Shown: positions 48,031 to 59,546 of the stretch, piece after piece
Layout of the letters: each line of letters starts with the position of its first letter
Position numbering within the stretch: the first letter of the stretch is position 1
Source of the DNA: an uncultured Acidobacteriota bacterium
Lineage (GTDB): Bacteria > Acidobacteriota > Terriglobia > Terriglobales > Acidobacteriaceae
Assembly (NCBI GenBank): GCA_963786435.1
Contig: CAWAZK010000001.1
Coordinates: forward strand, 16,021 to 80,020
DNA: 64,000 nucleotides
Direction: 5' to 3'
Made by a program: the position numbers and the translations under genes
The notes under the pieces: model-generated
Told to the model about the DNA's origin: nothing
What the model saw: only the letters and a program-made list of their open reading frames with translations
Databases searched by the model: none

Positions 48031-49356
48031 CTACTTCCAGCTCCAATCAGGCTGCGAGTTGGAGCCGCTAAAGGTCAACTGTGTCTGCTGGCTGCCATCG
48101 GCCAGCATGGACCAAATCTGGTCCGAGCCACCGCGGGTGGATTGATATACGATGTGGCGCCCATCGGGCGACCAGGATGGAAAGTCGTTGCGTCCTCCAT
48201 CGTGCGTGAGCTGCACCCACTGTCGGCTGGCCACGTCCATGACGTAAATGTCTGAGGCTCCCGGTGCTCCGGGGCCGTAATGGCGAACCCAGGCGAAAGC
48301 GAGGAACTGTCCATTCGGCGACCACGATGGGGAAACCGCATAACCCTGGTCGGTGATTCGTTGCACGTTGGTTCCATCTGCTTCCATGACGTAGATCTGA
48401 GGCAGGCCAGTTCGTCCGCTGACCCAGGCGATCTGCGCGTTGGTCTTAGGGTTCCATACTGGCGAGACATCGGGACCATGATACGCCGTCAATCGCTTCA
48501 GGTTATTTCCATTCTGATCGCAAACATAAATCTCAGGGTCGCCGGTGCGTGAGGATGAAAATGCGATGCGGGTGCCGTCGGAGCTCCAGGCGGGCGATAA
48601 AGTTGTACCTCCGAAGGTCGGGAATTTGACCAGGCGCCCGAGGTCAAGCGACCAGACCGCAATGCTGGGGCCGCCTTTGAAAAACGAAGCGAAAGCGATC
48701 CGCGAATTGTCCGGTGAAATCCGGGGCGAAAGTGAGATGGAGTCGAGACGGGTGATGGAATGCTGCCCCGCGCCATCATAATCCATCGCCCATACTTCCT
48801 TGTGGCCGGTACGATTGCTGACAAAGTAGAGCTTGGTTTCGGCGATTCCCGAGAGTCCACCACCGAGCCGGAAGATAATCTCGTCGGCAAAACGGTGGGC
48901 GATCAGGCGGGCGTTGTCCTCGGTCGCGCTTTCGCGGTACTGCTTTGCCAGCACCTGCGGATTCTGCGCGCTCTTCACGTCAAAAAGCCAGCCCTGTACT
49001 TGCAGGCTCCCACCGTTCACGCTGAGGCTACCGAAAGCCAGCATCGCGGCACTGGGTGGAGCCGCGGCCCAGACGTCGAGATGGGCGTCCGCAGGACCAC
49101 CAATAGCGCCGAGCGGATAGAAGCTCTTGGAAACCATGTCGAAGATACCGGCCTGATACAGGTCATTGAACAGTACGGTATTGAAGGTCTTATCGAGCGG
49201 CGTGGACTGCGGGTCCGCGCTTGCGATCTTGAAGTCGGGCACTGCCAAACGAATCTTTTCACCGCCGACGCCGGTGCCCGTACGAATCCAATCCTGCGAA
49301 ACGGCAGGTAGCACGAGCGCGAAAAATACGGCGGACAGGACTGCAAATCGCTTCAT
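48031..49356 (-). CDS. tolB: Tol-Pal system beta-propeller protein
   Basis: TolB N-terminal domain plus PD40 repeats (SPRISPDNSRIAF, SPAWSSDGTRIAF, SPSWSPNGQFLAF, FPSWSPDGRHIVY). ATG at 49356 lies 7 nt after GGAGAG. Confidence 0.9.
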   Translation of the reverse strand: MKRFAVLSAVFFALVLPAVSQDWIRTGTGVGGEKIRLAVPDFKIASADPQSTPLDKTFNTVLFNDLYQAGIFDMVSKSFYPLGAIGGPADAHLDVWAAAPPSAAMLAFGSLSVNGGSLQVQGWLFDVKSAQNPQVLAKQYRESATEDNARLIAHRFADEIIFRLGGGLSGIAETKLYFVSNRTGHKEVWAMDYDGAGQHSITRLDSISLSPRISPDNSRIAFASFFKGGPSIAVWSLDLGRLVKFPTFGGTTLSPAWSSDGTRIAFSSSRTGDPEIYVCDQNGNNLKRLTAYHGPDVSPVWNPKTNAQIAWVSGRTGLPQIYVMEADGTNVQRITDQGYAVSPSWSPNGQFLAFAWVRHYGPGAPGASDIYVMDVASRQWVQLTHDGGRNDFPSWSPDGRHIVYQSTRGGSDQIWSMLADGSQQTQLTFSGSNSQPDWSWK

Positions 49357-49389
49357 TTCAATTCTCTCCAAAATACTATGGCGCGGCGT

Positions 49390-50259
49390 TCAGCGCCGGT
49401 AATCAAACCAGAATTCCACGGAAACATAACTGCCGCTATATCCCGGCGGCAGCGGGCCGAAGGTGTCAATGCGCTGCAGTGCCCGTACCGCCGACTGATC
49501 GAGCGACGGTATTCCTGACGACTGCTCGATGCGAACGTTGGACGGCGACCCAGAATGCGAGATGTCAAAAGTTACATAAACCCGCTTTGCTGAATCGATA
49601 CTCGGATTTACTTCGCTTTCCCATGCTTGATGAACCTTTCTCGCCACTACGTCCGTGTACCATCCGAAGCGGCTGCCAAAGCTCCCGGTACCACCTTCGC
49701 CAAACTTCAAGCCTCCGGTGCTGCTGCCGCTCTGGAACGTAGTATAGGGACCGGCAACGGGGCCGCCCTCACCATAAGGAACCGTGTTTTCGACCGCTGC
49801 CATCTCTCGCGGTTGAACGCGGGTTGGGGTCGCAAGCGCCGGCTTCTGCTTCGCGGGAGCGCGGCCTGTGACAGGCGCCTCGGGGGTGGCGACCTTTTCG
49901 TGCTTGAGCGGCTTAATTTTGGCTTGCCTGTCAGGAATTGCGATGGCTTGCTTATCTTCTTTTACCTTCGCGGCAGGCGCCGGAATTGATTGCGACAATC
50001 CCTTGTTTTCAGTGGCCAGCACATTTTCTGGTTTGGCGTCGGGATTTGGAGGCAAGGGAATTCCACTGACAAGGTTGGCGCTCATGGCTCCGCCCGGAGC
50101 TGCGCCACTGCCGTTGTTGCCCCAGTTCTCTCCGTGGTGGGAGAGGATTGCGGGAAGGAAGACGATGCAGGCCAGCAGCGCGAGGTGCAGCGCGGTAGAG
50201 GCGGCGAACGACGGCGCCATCGCTTCCTTATGATCGTAGATGTCAGCGTCCAGCGGCAT
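49390..50259 (-). CDS. TonB-family energy transducer in the TolA position
   Basis: N-terminal TM helix, a Pro/Ala/Lys-rich spacer and a TonB_C-like domain (RVYVTFDISHSGSPSNVRIEQSSGIPSLDQSAVRALQRI). Located between tolR and tolB. Confidence 0.75.
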   Translation of the reverse strand: MPLDADIYDHKEAMAPSFAASTALHLALLACIVFLPAILSHHGENWGNNGSGAAPGGAMSANLVSGIPLPPNPDAKPENVLATENKGLSQSIPAPAAKVKEDKQAIAIPDRQAKIKPLKHEKVATPEAPVTGRAPAKQKPALATPTRVQPREMAAVENTVPYGEGGPVAGPYTTFQSGSSTGGLKFGEGGTGSFGSRFGWYTDVVARKVHQAWESEVNPSIDSAKRVYVTFDISHSGSPSNVRIEQSSGIPSLDQSAVRALQRIDTFGPLPPGYSGSYVSVEFWFDYRR

Positions 50260-50677
50260 TGGCTTTCGTAATCAAGGGTTGCGTGACGATGCTTACGTTG
50301 GTGATGCCGGTCTGCTTCACGGCGTCCATCACAGTGGCAAAGGCGCCGAAGGGCACATTCTCGTCGGAGCGGATGAAAATGCTCTGGCCCTGCGGATCGC
50401 GAATCTTCTGATGCAACCGGTCGGAGATTTCGTTGATGTTGATGGGATCGTTGCCGAGATAGACACGCTGATCCTTGTCAATGGTGATAACCAGCCGCTC
50501 CTCGGAAATTTCCTTCACCGTCTTCGTCTTGGGCACCTGAACCTCGATGCCAGACTGGAGCACCGGCGCGGTAACCATGAACATCACCAGCAGCACGAGG
50601 ACAACATCCACGAACGGAGTGATGTTGATCTCCGAGAGTGAAGATTGCGTGCGTCCCTTATTATTTGTAAACGCCAC
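50243..50677 (-). CDS. tolR: Biopolymer transport protein TolR/ExbD
   Basis: SEINITPFVDVVLVLLVMFMV and the ExbD fold, directly downstream of tolQ. Confidence 0.88.
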   Translation of the reverse strand: MAFTNNKGRTQSSLSEINITPFVDVVLVLLVMFMVTAPVLQSGIEVQVPKTKTVKEISEERLVITIDKDQRVYLGNDPININEISDRLHQKIRDPQGQSIFIRSDENVPFGAFATVMDAVKQTGITNVSIVTQPLITKANAAGR

Positions 50678-50686
50678 CGCAGTCTC

Positions 50687-51364
50687 CTATCGGTCGTCGC
50701 CGTTGCGGTCGATGATGTTGAGCAACTCGAGGCTGAAGTCGTCCATGCGAGCGGCAAATACACGAATCTGCTGCAGGAAGAAATTGTAGGCGACCACGGC
50801 GGGAACGGCGGCAAAGAGTCCGGCGGCCGTGGTAATCAGAGCCTCGGAGATGCCGGGTGCCACCGCGCGCAGCGTCGCAGCGCCGGCATCGCCGAGGCCG
50901 TGGAAGGCGTCAATGATGCCCCATACGGTGCCAAAGAGTCCGACAAAAGGAGCGATGGAGCCGGTGGTAGCAAGCCAGGTCAGGCGGCTCTCCAGGCGCG
51001 TAAGCTCCTCGGACGCCGCGATTTGCGTCGCACGCTGCACGGAGAGCGTACGCGGATTCGTCCCGCAGCGCTTCAGCTCTTCAACTGCGCCGTCAAAGAC
51101 AGCAACCAGGGGCGAGGGCTTGAACTGCTCGGAGACAGCGGTGAGTTCCTGCAGACGATTCGCCTTCCGAAAGACGCGGACAAAGCGTCCGCTCTGCGTA
51201 CTGGCGCGGCGGTAGAGGCCGTATTTGGAGAGGATGATCGCCCACGAGAGAAGGCTGAAGGCGAGCAAAATGAAGAGCACGACTTTGGCGACCAAGCCGG
51301 TATTGGAAACCATGTCCAATACCTCTCCGCCCATTGCGAAAGCAAAGAAATTTGTAATCGGCAT
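50687..51364 (-). CDS. tolQ: MotA/TolQ/ExbB proton-channel protein
   Basis: Three TM helices, with the conserved LATTGSIAPFVGLFGTVWGII and APGISEALITTAAGL. Confidence 0.9.
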   Translation of the reverse strand: MPITNFFAFAMGGEVLDMVSNTGLVAKVVLFILLAFSLLSWAIILSKYGLYRRASTQSGRFVRVFRKANRLQELTAVSEQFKPSPLVAVFDGAVEELKRCGTNPRTLSVQRATQIAASEELTRLESRLTWLATTGSIAPFVGLFGTVWGIIDAFHGLGDAGAATLRAVAPGISEALITTAAGLFAAVPAVVAYNFFLQQIRVFAARMDDFSLELLNIIDRNGDDR

Positions 51365-51712
51365 CCTTATCTCATTGGAGCAGGCGCTGAAATCGCATCA
51401 CTGCCGGATCAAACTATGCGCCGTGATGCGAATCCTTTTTTATTATAGTCAGCTCTGTAGGCCTTTGTGGGGGAGGTTTGTACATATCGAGCAAACCCGA
51501 ATATAGATAGATACTTTTGGAACTGGATTGAGGGCGATGACCTCATGAGTGTACGTTGCAGTGTGAACTTCGCCAACTCCTGCAAGTTGTGGTAGCTGCG
51601 ATGGATGCGCGCGATTATCGGAGCGAGGGTTTCAGTAATGGCTTTTTAGCGTAGGGCGCATTGGCCCTGCCGTGTTATTCTCGCCGGGAAAACTCTAACG
51701 AACGGGTGCCGA

Positions 51713-53396
51713 GTGCTCAGGGAATTGCGGGTAGAAAACTACGCCGTTATCGACAACGTGGTGGTTGAGTTTGGGGCTGGGTTGAACCTGCTGACCGGCG
51801 AAACCGGCGCGGGCAAGTCCATTCTGATCGACGCACTGGCGCTGCTGTTGGGCGAGAAGGCATACAGCGATGTGGTGCGCCACGGCGCGGAGAAAGCCAC
51901 GGTCGCCGCCGTTTACGAGAGCGACGATCCGGCCATCGCTCAGGTGCTAGAGGAGAACGGAATCGACGGCGCTGGCACGGAGATCATTCTCCGCCGCGAC
52001 ATTGCAGTCAACGGCAAGGGCCGCGTCTTTATCAATAACCAGCCCGCAACTGTGGCCGTGCTGAAGGCCCTAGCGCCTCGCCTGGCAATTGTTCACGCGC
52101 AAAATCAAGCCATTCTGATGTTTGATCCTCCTGAGCGTTTGGCGCTGCTGGATGCCGCCGCAGGCTTGAGCCTGAATGCCGTTGCGGAGGCTTATGCAAA
52201 GTGGAGAGAGGTTGCGCGGCGGATTGCGGAGTTGGAAAAAGGCGAGCAGGAAAAGCTGCGTCTCGTCGATCTGTGGAAGTTTCAATTGAAGGAGATTCGC
52301 GAGGCCAACCTTACGGCGGGAGAGGATCAGAGGCTCGAAGCGGAAAAGCGCGTATTGGCTAATTCCGAGCGAGTATACGGTGCGGCGATGGGCGCATTCG
52401 ACGTGCTGTATGAGGTGGAGGAGTCGGCGATTGCGCGCCTTGGTGCCGCAGCCAAGCACCTGGAAGAGTTGTCGCGCTTCGACGATTCGTTCAAGGAAGC
52501 GCTGAGCCAGCTTGAAAGTGCGCGCATTACGGTAGAGGACGTTGCCACGACTCTGCGCGACTTCGCCGATGGCATGGATGCTTCGCCCGAGCGCCTCGCC
52601 GAGGTGGAAGATCGCCTGGCGGTTCTCGACAAGCTCCGCCGCAAGTACGGCAAGACTTTGGAGGATGTGCTGGCCTTTGAGCAGGACATTGCGGGAAAGC
52701 TCAACGACATTGAAAACAAGGATGAGCTGCTCGCAACTCTGCGCAAGGAACTGGCGTGTGACGACAGCCAAGTATCTGGACGAAGCTCGCTATTTGAGTA
52801 AGCAGCGCTATGAGATAGCGCGGAAACTTGAGAAAACGGTTGAAGCGGAGATCAACGATCTGGCGATGAAGGCGAAGTTCAAGATCGAGGTTTCCGGTTC
52901 GGACGAGGAGGGCAACTGGAGCGCCTCGGGCTTTGACCAGGTGGCTTACCTGATCTCCACCAATCCGGGGGAGCCGATGGGGCCCATCGAAGAGATCGCC
53001 TCTGGCGGAGAACTCTCGCGGGTGATGCTGGCGCTGAAGGCCAGCGTGGAGGCCGGCCGCTCGAACAGCAAGGGTTCGGATGCACAGCGTTCACTGGTTT
53101 TCGACGAAATCGATACGGGCATCGGTGGCCGCGCTGCGGATGCCGTGGGCAAAAAACTGAAGGCGCTATCGACAAGCAAGCAGGTTCTCTGCATCACCCA
53201 TCTGCCGCAGATTGCGTCGTTTGCCGACCGGCATTACCTGATCGAGAAACATGAAAGCGCTGGGCGCACGAAAACAACGGTTCGTCCCTTGAGTCCCGAA
53301 GAGCGGCGCAGCGAGATTGCGCGGATGCTGAGCGGGGCCAAGGTCACCGAGGCTAGCCTGCAGAACGCCGAGCAACTGATTCGGGCAAACGCCTGA
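51713..53396 (+). pseudogene. recN: DNA repair protein RecN with one +1 frame disruption at about 52757
   Basis: Walker A (LTGETGAGKSIL) at the N-terminus; GGELSRVMLALK and LVFDEIDTGIGG at the C-terminus. Frame 1 reads ...LRKELA and the next frame continues VTTAKYLDEARYLSKQRY... after skipping t52757. Confidence 0.92.
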
Positions 53397-53657
53397 GTGG
53401 TTCGCCTCTGTTTACCGTAAGGGCACTCTGTGGAACTATCCCCGGCCCGTCTCACCTGCTAGAATAAGGAGAGATCAACGACGCAGCTTGTGCCCCTAGG
53501 CAAGGCGCTATTCGCCTATGGTCGGGCTGCTGGATGGTGGTTTCCGCACTTCTATGGGTTGTAATGGTGGGGAAGTGTGCGGGGCCATAGACTTACAAGA
53601 TGTGATGTGGCTCGTGTGGCATCTAGGTGCTGGCGGGCTTCATCTGAATCGAAGCGA

Positions 53658-54631
53658 ATGACCGAAACCAAAACTCTTCTGCTGTTAAAGCCCCGTGGAT
53701 TCTGTGCGGGCGTGGTGCGCGCCATTGATATTGTGCGCATTGCCCTGGAAACCTTCGGCCCGCCGATTTACGTCCGCAAGGAAATCGTACACAACAAGTA
53801 TGTGGTCGAGGACCTCAAGGGCAAGGGCGCCATCTTTGTGGATGACGTGGAGGAAGTACCCAATGGCGAGCGCGTGATCTACAGCGCGCACGGTGTTGCG
53901 CCATCGGTACGCGAAGCCTCCAAGTTGCGAATGTTGCGCGTCATTGACGCGACCTGTCCGCTGGTGACCAAGGTTCACGTGGAAGCGATCCGCTTTGCCA
54001 AGGATGGCTACTCGCTGATCCTGATCGGGCACCTCAATCATGATGAGATTGTCGGCACACTCGGCGAGGCTCCTGAGGTGACCCAGGTGGTCAGTAACCC
54101 GGAGCAGGTGGCGCGCATCGTTGTGCCGGACCCGGATCGTGTCGCTTACCTGACACAGACAACGCTTTCGGTCGACGAGGCGAAGGACATTATCGAGGCG
54201 CTCAAGGCGAAGTTCCCCAACATCCGCGGCCCGCAGGCGCAGGATATCTGCTACGCCACGGAGAACCGTCAGGTGGCAGTAAAGAACGTTGCCGAGCAGG
54301 CAGACCTGGTGCTGGTGGTTGGATCGCCGAATAGCTCGAACTCGAATCGGCTTGTCGAGGTAGCGCGGAAATCTTGGCACTAAATCGTTTCTGATTGATA
54401 CCTGTCAGGACATCGACGAGAAATGGTTGGAAGGCGTAAAGACCGTCGCTCTTACTGCGGGTGCTTCGGCGCCGGAAATACTGGTTCAGGAAGTGATCGC
54501 CTTCCTTGGGAACAAAGGCTTCTCGAATATGCACGAGACTTGAAGTGATGCCGGAGCATGTACGATTTGCGCTGCCTCCGGAGATCGTGGCCGCGATCTC
54601 CGCGGCTTCCGAAACACCAGGGGTGGGGTAA
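53658..54631 (+). pseudogene. ispH: 4-hydroxy-3-methylbut-2-enyl diphosphate reductase with two +1 frame disruptions (about 54375 and 54538)
   Basis: [35 protein letters not shown] and [55 protein letters not shown]...NMHE follows in the next frame, and LEVMPEHVRFALPPEIV... in the third. Stop at 54629-54631. Confidence 0.9.
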
Positions 54632-54637
54632 GAATCC

Positions 54638-56583
54638 ATGGAAGCAAGTTCGGCGCATTCGACTTCGATTCGATTTGGAAAAATTGCAGGTCTGGCTGCG
54701 CGGCTCAATAGTTCGATTCAGGCGGCGCAGGAAGTTCCTGTTTGCCCGGCAGCACGAAGATGGCTGGTGGTGCGGCGAATTGGAAGCCGACACTACGCTG
54801 GAATCCGATTATATTTTTCTGCACACCGTTCTCGGCACTCGCGACGAGCGCCGCTTTCAGCAGTGTGCAGACGAAATTCTGCGTCATCAGAATGAGGACG
54901 GCGGTTGGCCGATTTACCAGGGTGGCCCTTCGAACATCTCGGCCAGCGTGAAAGCGTATTTTGCGCTGAAAATGTGCGGCTATTCGCCGGACGATGAGCG
55001 CATGGCGCGCGCCCGCGAGCGCATCCTCGCCATGGGCGGCGTGCCCGCCTGCAATACCTTCAGCAAGATCTATCTCTGCGCCCTTGGGCAATACGATTAC
55101 GATGCGGTCCCGGCAATTCCGCCCGAGATTGTGCTGTTTCCCAACTGGTTCTGGTTCAACATCTACGAGATCTCTTCGTGGTCGCGCGCGATTCTGATTC
55201 CGCTTTCGATCTGCTACGCGAAGAAGCCGTTCAAGAAAATTCCCGACGAGTGGAATATCGACGAGTTGTTTCCGCATGGGCGGCACGGCAGTTCGCTGCG
55301 CCTGAAATGGGATAGCAAACTGATTGGCTGGCGGAATTTCTTCCTCGTTCTGGACCGTATGGTTCACGCCTTCGAGCGCGTGCATGTGCGCCCTCTGCGC
55401 TCGATTGCATTGAAAGCGGCGGAAGAAGTGGATGCTGGAGCGCTTCGAAATGAGCGATGGACTGGGAGCGATTTATCCTTCGATCCTGAATTCGATCATT
55501 GCGATGCGCTGCCTCGGCTACTCGCTCGATGATCCGCAGGTGATTCGCGCTCTCGACGAATTTGAAAAGCTGGGTATCGAAGAAGGCGATCGCTTCCGAA
55601 TGCAGCCCTGCGTCTCCCCCGTGTGGGATACCGCCTACGCCCTGTTTGCCCTAGGTGAGAGCGGCGTTGAAGCGGCGGAGCCGCGCATGGTGAAGGCCGC
55701 CGAGTGGATGCTCAAAAAGCAGAATCGCCGCAAGGGCGACTGGTCGGTTAAGGTCCCAATGCAGAACCCGGCGGCTGGTATTTCGAACATAACAATGAGT
55801 TCTATCCCGACGTGGACGACACCGCGCAGGTGCTGCTCGCACTGAACCACATTGAAACCAAGGATGCGCGATTCCAGAGCGAGTCGGTGCAGCGCGGAAT
55901 TCAGTGGGTGCTGGCCATGCAGTGCAAAAATGGCGGCTGGGCGTCCTTCGATAAAGACAACGACCGCATGGTCTTCCAATACGTTCCCTTCGCCGATCAC
56001 AATGCCATGCTCGATCCGGCGACGGTTGATATTACCGGACGCGTGCTGGAGTGCCTTGCCGCGCATGGCTTTACCCTGGAAGATAAACCGGTCATGCGCG
56101 CCATCGATTTCATCCGCAAGGAACAGGAATCCGATGGCTCGTGGTTCGGGCGCTGGGGCGTCAACTACATTTACGGCACCATGTGCGTGCTGCGCGGTCT
56201 GGACGCGATTGGCTTCGATAATCACGACGCGATGATTCAGCAGGCGACCGAGTGGCTGCGCATGATGCAAAATCCCGACGGCGGTTGGGGCGAGACCATC
56301 GGCTTCTTACGATGACGTAAATCTGAAGGGAATGGGTTCCAGCACCAGTTCGCAGACTGCATGGGCGGTGCTTGGATTGATGGCGGGCGGAGATTACCGC
56401 TCGGAATCGCTGGCGCGCGGAATCGCTTACCTGCTGGATCATCAGCAAGCCGATGGCGGTTGGAGCGAGATTCCCTACACAGGCACGGGATTCCCCCGCG
56501 TCTTCTACCTGAAATATCACGCCTATCCGTGGTATTTCCCGCTGATGGCGCTGGCTAAGTACGCTCGCAACCAGGGAGAGTAG
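54638..56583 (+). pseudogene. shc: Squalene-hopene cyclase with four frame disruptions (about 54734 +1, 55428 +1, 55757 -1, 56304 +1)
   Basis: QW and DxDD-region motifs are spread over four frames: ARQHEDGWWCGELEADTTLESDYIF, HQNEDGGWPIY, WMLERFEMSDGLGAIYP, NAEPGGWYFEHNNEFYPDVDDTAQ, MQCKNGGWASF, EQESDGSWFGRWGVNYIYGT, MQNPDGGWGE, SYDDVNLKGMGSSTSSQTAWA, HQQADGGWSE. Confidence 0.93.
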
Positions 56584-56657
56584 AGTAAAACGTCCGCGGT
56601 TTCAGTAATTAAGCGCAGCCTGGAAAGGCTGCGTTCATACTTTCGGAGAGATCGATT

Positions 56658-57674
56658 TTGAAAGCTTTTGTAACCGGAGCAACAGGGTTTGTGGGGAGTC
56701 ACGTGGCACGCCTGCTGGCAGAGCAGGGAGCCGACCTGCGTCTCCTGGTACGGGCCGGAAGCCGGCAGGAAAACCTTGAGGGACTGCGCGCGGATCTTGT
56801 CACCGGCGACCTTACCGATCCGGCATCGCTGCGCAAGGGAATGGACGGTTGCGAAGCAGTCTTTCATGTGGCCGCCGATTATCGCCTGTGGATTCGCGAT
56901 CCGAAGCCGATGTATGCGGCCAACGTGGACGGCACCGCAGCCGTGATCGAGGCGGCCCATGCCGCGGGCGTGCGCCGCACGGTGTACTGCTCCTCGGTGG
57001 CGACGCTTGGATTTGGCTATGACCGCAAGGCGGTGAACGAAGAGACTCCGGTTGACGTTGCCGACATGATCGGTCACTACAAACGCTCCAAGTATTTGGC
57101 CGAGCGCAAGGCTGTGGAGCTTGCGGCCAAGGGCGCTGAGGTAGTGATCGTCAATCCCAGCACTCCGGTTGGTGAGCAGGACATCAAGCCGACGCCGACC
57201 GGGCGCATCGTGCTGGATTTCCTGCTGGGAAATTTTCCCGCCTACATGGAAACCGGGATGAACCTGGTGGATGTTCACGATGTTGCGCGCGGGCATCTGC
57301 TGGCATTCGAAAAGGGACGTCGCGGCGAGCGCTATATCCTGGGCGGAGAGAACCTCACGCTGAAGCAAATTCTCGACCTTCTGGCGGAGTTGACCGGCTT
57401 GCCATCGCCCACAATGAAGGTTCCGCACTCGGTGGCAATGGCTTTTGCAGCCTTTGACCAAACCTTCAACGGATACTTGAGGAATCGCGAGCCAAGAGCA
57501 ACAATCGAAGAGGTTCGCATGGGTAAGAAATTTATGTGGGTGGATTCCGCCAAGGCGGAGCGTGAGCTGGGATACACGCACGGCGCGGTAGGCGAGGCAC
57601 TGGCGCGTGCGGCTCGGTGGTTTGTGGCAAAAGGCTACGCGCCGGCTTACGAGGCGATGTGTCCAACCGCATGA
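56658..57674 (+). CDS. hpnA: Hopanoid-associated NAD-dependent sugar epimerase/dehydratase-family protein
   Basis: Intact 338 aa with VTGATGFVGSHV, FHVAADYRLW and YKRSKYLAE. Position directly after shc. TTG start. Confidence 0.88.
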   Translation: MKAFVTGATGFVGSHVARLLAEQGADLRLLVRAGSRQENLEGLRADLVTGDLTDPASLRKGMDGCEAVFHVAADYRLWIRDPKPMYAANVDGTAAVIEAAHAAGVRRTVYCSSVATLGFGYDRKAVNEETPVDVADMIGHYKRSKYLAERKAVELAAKGAEVVIVNPSTPVGEQDIKPTPTGRIVLDFLLGNFPAYMETGMNLVDVHDVARGHLLAFEKGRRGERYILGGENLTLKQILDLLAELTGLPSPTMKVPHSVAMAFAAFDQTFNGYLRNREPRATIEEVRMGKKFMWVDSAKAERELGYTHGAVGEALARAARWFVAKGYAPAYEAMCPTA

Positions 57675-58415
57675 GCATGAATGCAGTCGAGTTCGGATTT
57701 GTGGCGGCGCTGGAGAGAGAGGTTTCCGGCCTGGTACGGGGCTGGAGCCGTTTTAATGTGCGCACGCCGAACGCGCAGCGAAAAATCTACTCGCTCAGAG
57801 AATGCCGTGCTGATCTGCGCTGGCACTGGGGTTGACCGGGCGTATACCGCTACGAGAGCTCTCATTGAGAAGTGCTCGCCGAGGGTGATAATTTCTATAG
57901 GGTTTGCTGGTTCGTGTGTGCCAAATCTGCACCCGGGTTCGGTGGTGGTTCCGGCGAATGTGTTGGAGGCGGCTACAGGTAAAAGCTTTCGTTGTGCTTT
58001 CGGCTGCGGGCAGTTGGTCACGCTGGATCGAGTGGCGGGCAAAGCTCTGAAGCAGGATGCTTTCGCCCGTTTTGGCGCATTGGCCGTAGATATGGAAGCC
58101 GCCGGCGTTGCCGCTGCAGCAGCCGAGTGTCGCAGGGAATTCGCGGCGATCAAAGTGATTTCCGACGACGCGGAGGAGGATCTTGAGTTCCTTTCAAGAT
58201 TCGTGAAGCCGGAGGGCTTCGAGACCGGGCGTTTCATCGCGCACATTGCGTTGCGCCCCGGACTGTGGCCGAGCGTGGCGGCATTGAAGCGAAACAGTAA
58301 ACTGGCAGCCGCGGCTCTGGCGAGCGCGGTGAGCGATTGCACAAGTGACTGGCGGAGCTTTTTCGGCCAAGCACTGCGATGCTGCAGCACAAGTTTGATG
58401 AGAGAGGGTTGTTGA
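57671..58415 (+). pseudogene. hpnG: Hopanoid-associated nucleosidase/phosphorylase (adenosylhopane nucleosidase) with one +1 frame disruption in 57781-57800
   Basis: ATG at 57671 overlaps the hpnA stop (ATGA). The N-terminus MSMNAVEFGFVAALEREVSGLVRGW... is in one frame; ENAVLICAGTGVDRA...SIGFAGS...AVDMEAAGVA (PNP_UDP_1-like) is in the next. Confidence 0.75.
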
Positions 58416-58419
58416 AAGA

Positions 58420-59542
58420 ATGGAAGTTACTCCTAAAACGGGGGCCGCTCTACCGGCACTGGATTCGATTCCTGACCGGATGCTGGCCGCCGTTTATTAC
58501 GGACAGAATGATATGCGGCTGGAGACGGTTTCCGTACCGAGGATCGGTCCGGGCGAACTGCTCGTGCGCATTCATAGCTGTGGTATTTGCGGCACGGATC
58601 TTAAGAAGATCTCAACGGGTTCACACTCGGCCCCGCGCGTCTTTGGCCATGAGATGGCCGGGGTGGTGGTGGCCCGTGGCGCTGGCGTCACCAGGTTTGC
58701 CGAGGGAGACCGCGTAATGGTCTTCCACCATATCCCCTGCGGCAACTGTTATTACTGCGAGCGCAAAGTGTTCTCGCAGTGTCCGGTGTACAAACGGGTG
58801 GGCACCACGGCGGGCTTCGGCGAGCCATCCGGCGGCGGCTTCTGCCGAGTACATCCGGGTGATGGACTGGATTGTCGAAAAGGGCGTAATTGCGATTCCG
58901 GATTCGGTAAGTTTCGATCAGGCTTCCCATATCGAACCGGTGAATACGGTGTGGAAGGGAATTGAGACGCTGGCGGTTAGCAGGGCGAAACCGTGCTGGT
59001 GATCGGGCAGGGGCCCATCGGGTTGATGCTGGGCAAATTGGCCCAACGTGCAGGTGCAAACGTAATTACTTCCGATTTGTTCCCGCAGCGGCTTACAATT
59101 GGGGAGCGCTACGGATTAACCCAGTCGATCGATGCCTCTCGAGTGCGATGTCGTGCAGGCAATTCGCGAGAGAACCGAGGGCCGTGGCGCGGACGCAGTG
59201 ATCCTTGCCGTAGGCGGCAGCTCGCTGATCCGGCCGGCGATTGATGCGGCGCGTTTCGGCGGGCGGGTGCTGTTATTTGCGCAGACGGTTCGGGGTGAGG
59301 TCGTGATCGATCCTGCCTCGGTTTGTGTGGACGAGAAAACGTTACTTGGTTCCTATAGCGCATCGGTGGAACTGAATGAGGAAGTGGCTCAATTTGTCTT
59401 CAGCGGCGAGATGGACCTGGCCGGGCTCTACAGTCACCGGTTCCCATTGGCTCAGTCGCTGGAAGCTTTGAGATTAGCTGCGCATCCGCAGCCGGACACG
59501 ATGAAAATCGCGATTCAGCCATGCAGCGTCTGGGAAGGATAG
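58420..59542 (+). pseudogene. Zinc-dependent medium-chain alcohol dehydrogenase (sorbitol/threonine-dehydrogenase-like) with three frame disruptions (about 58843 +1, 58982 -1, 59140 +1)
   Basis: CGICGTDL, GHEMAGVV and the structural-Zn CGNCYYCERKVFSQC are in frame 1. AEYIRVMDWIVEKGVIAIPDSVSFDQASHIEPVNTVWKGI, GETVLVIGQGPIGLMLGKL and ECDVVQAIRERTEGRGADAVILAVGG... lie in shifted frames. Confidence 0.85.
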
Positions 59543-59546
59543 CAGA

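Noticed and set aside
56523-57581. 352-aa minus-strand ORF opposite hpnA
   Set aside because: It is antisense to intact hpnA, with low-complexity Arg/His/Leu-rich translation, so it is a shadow ORF. The same reasoning applies to 53685..54380, 54705..55385, 55635..56270 and 57647..58390.
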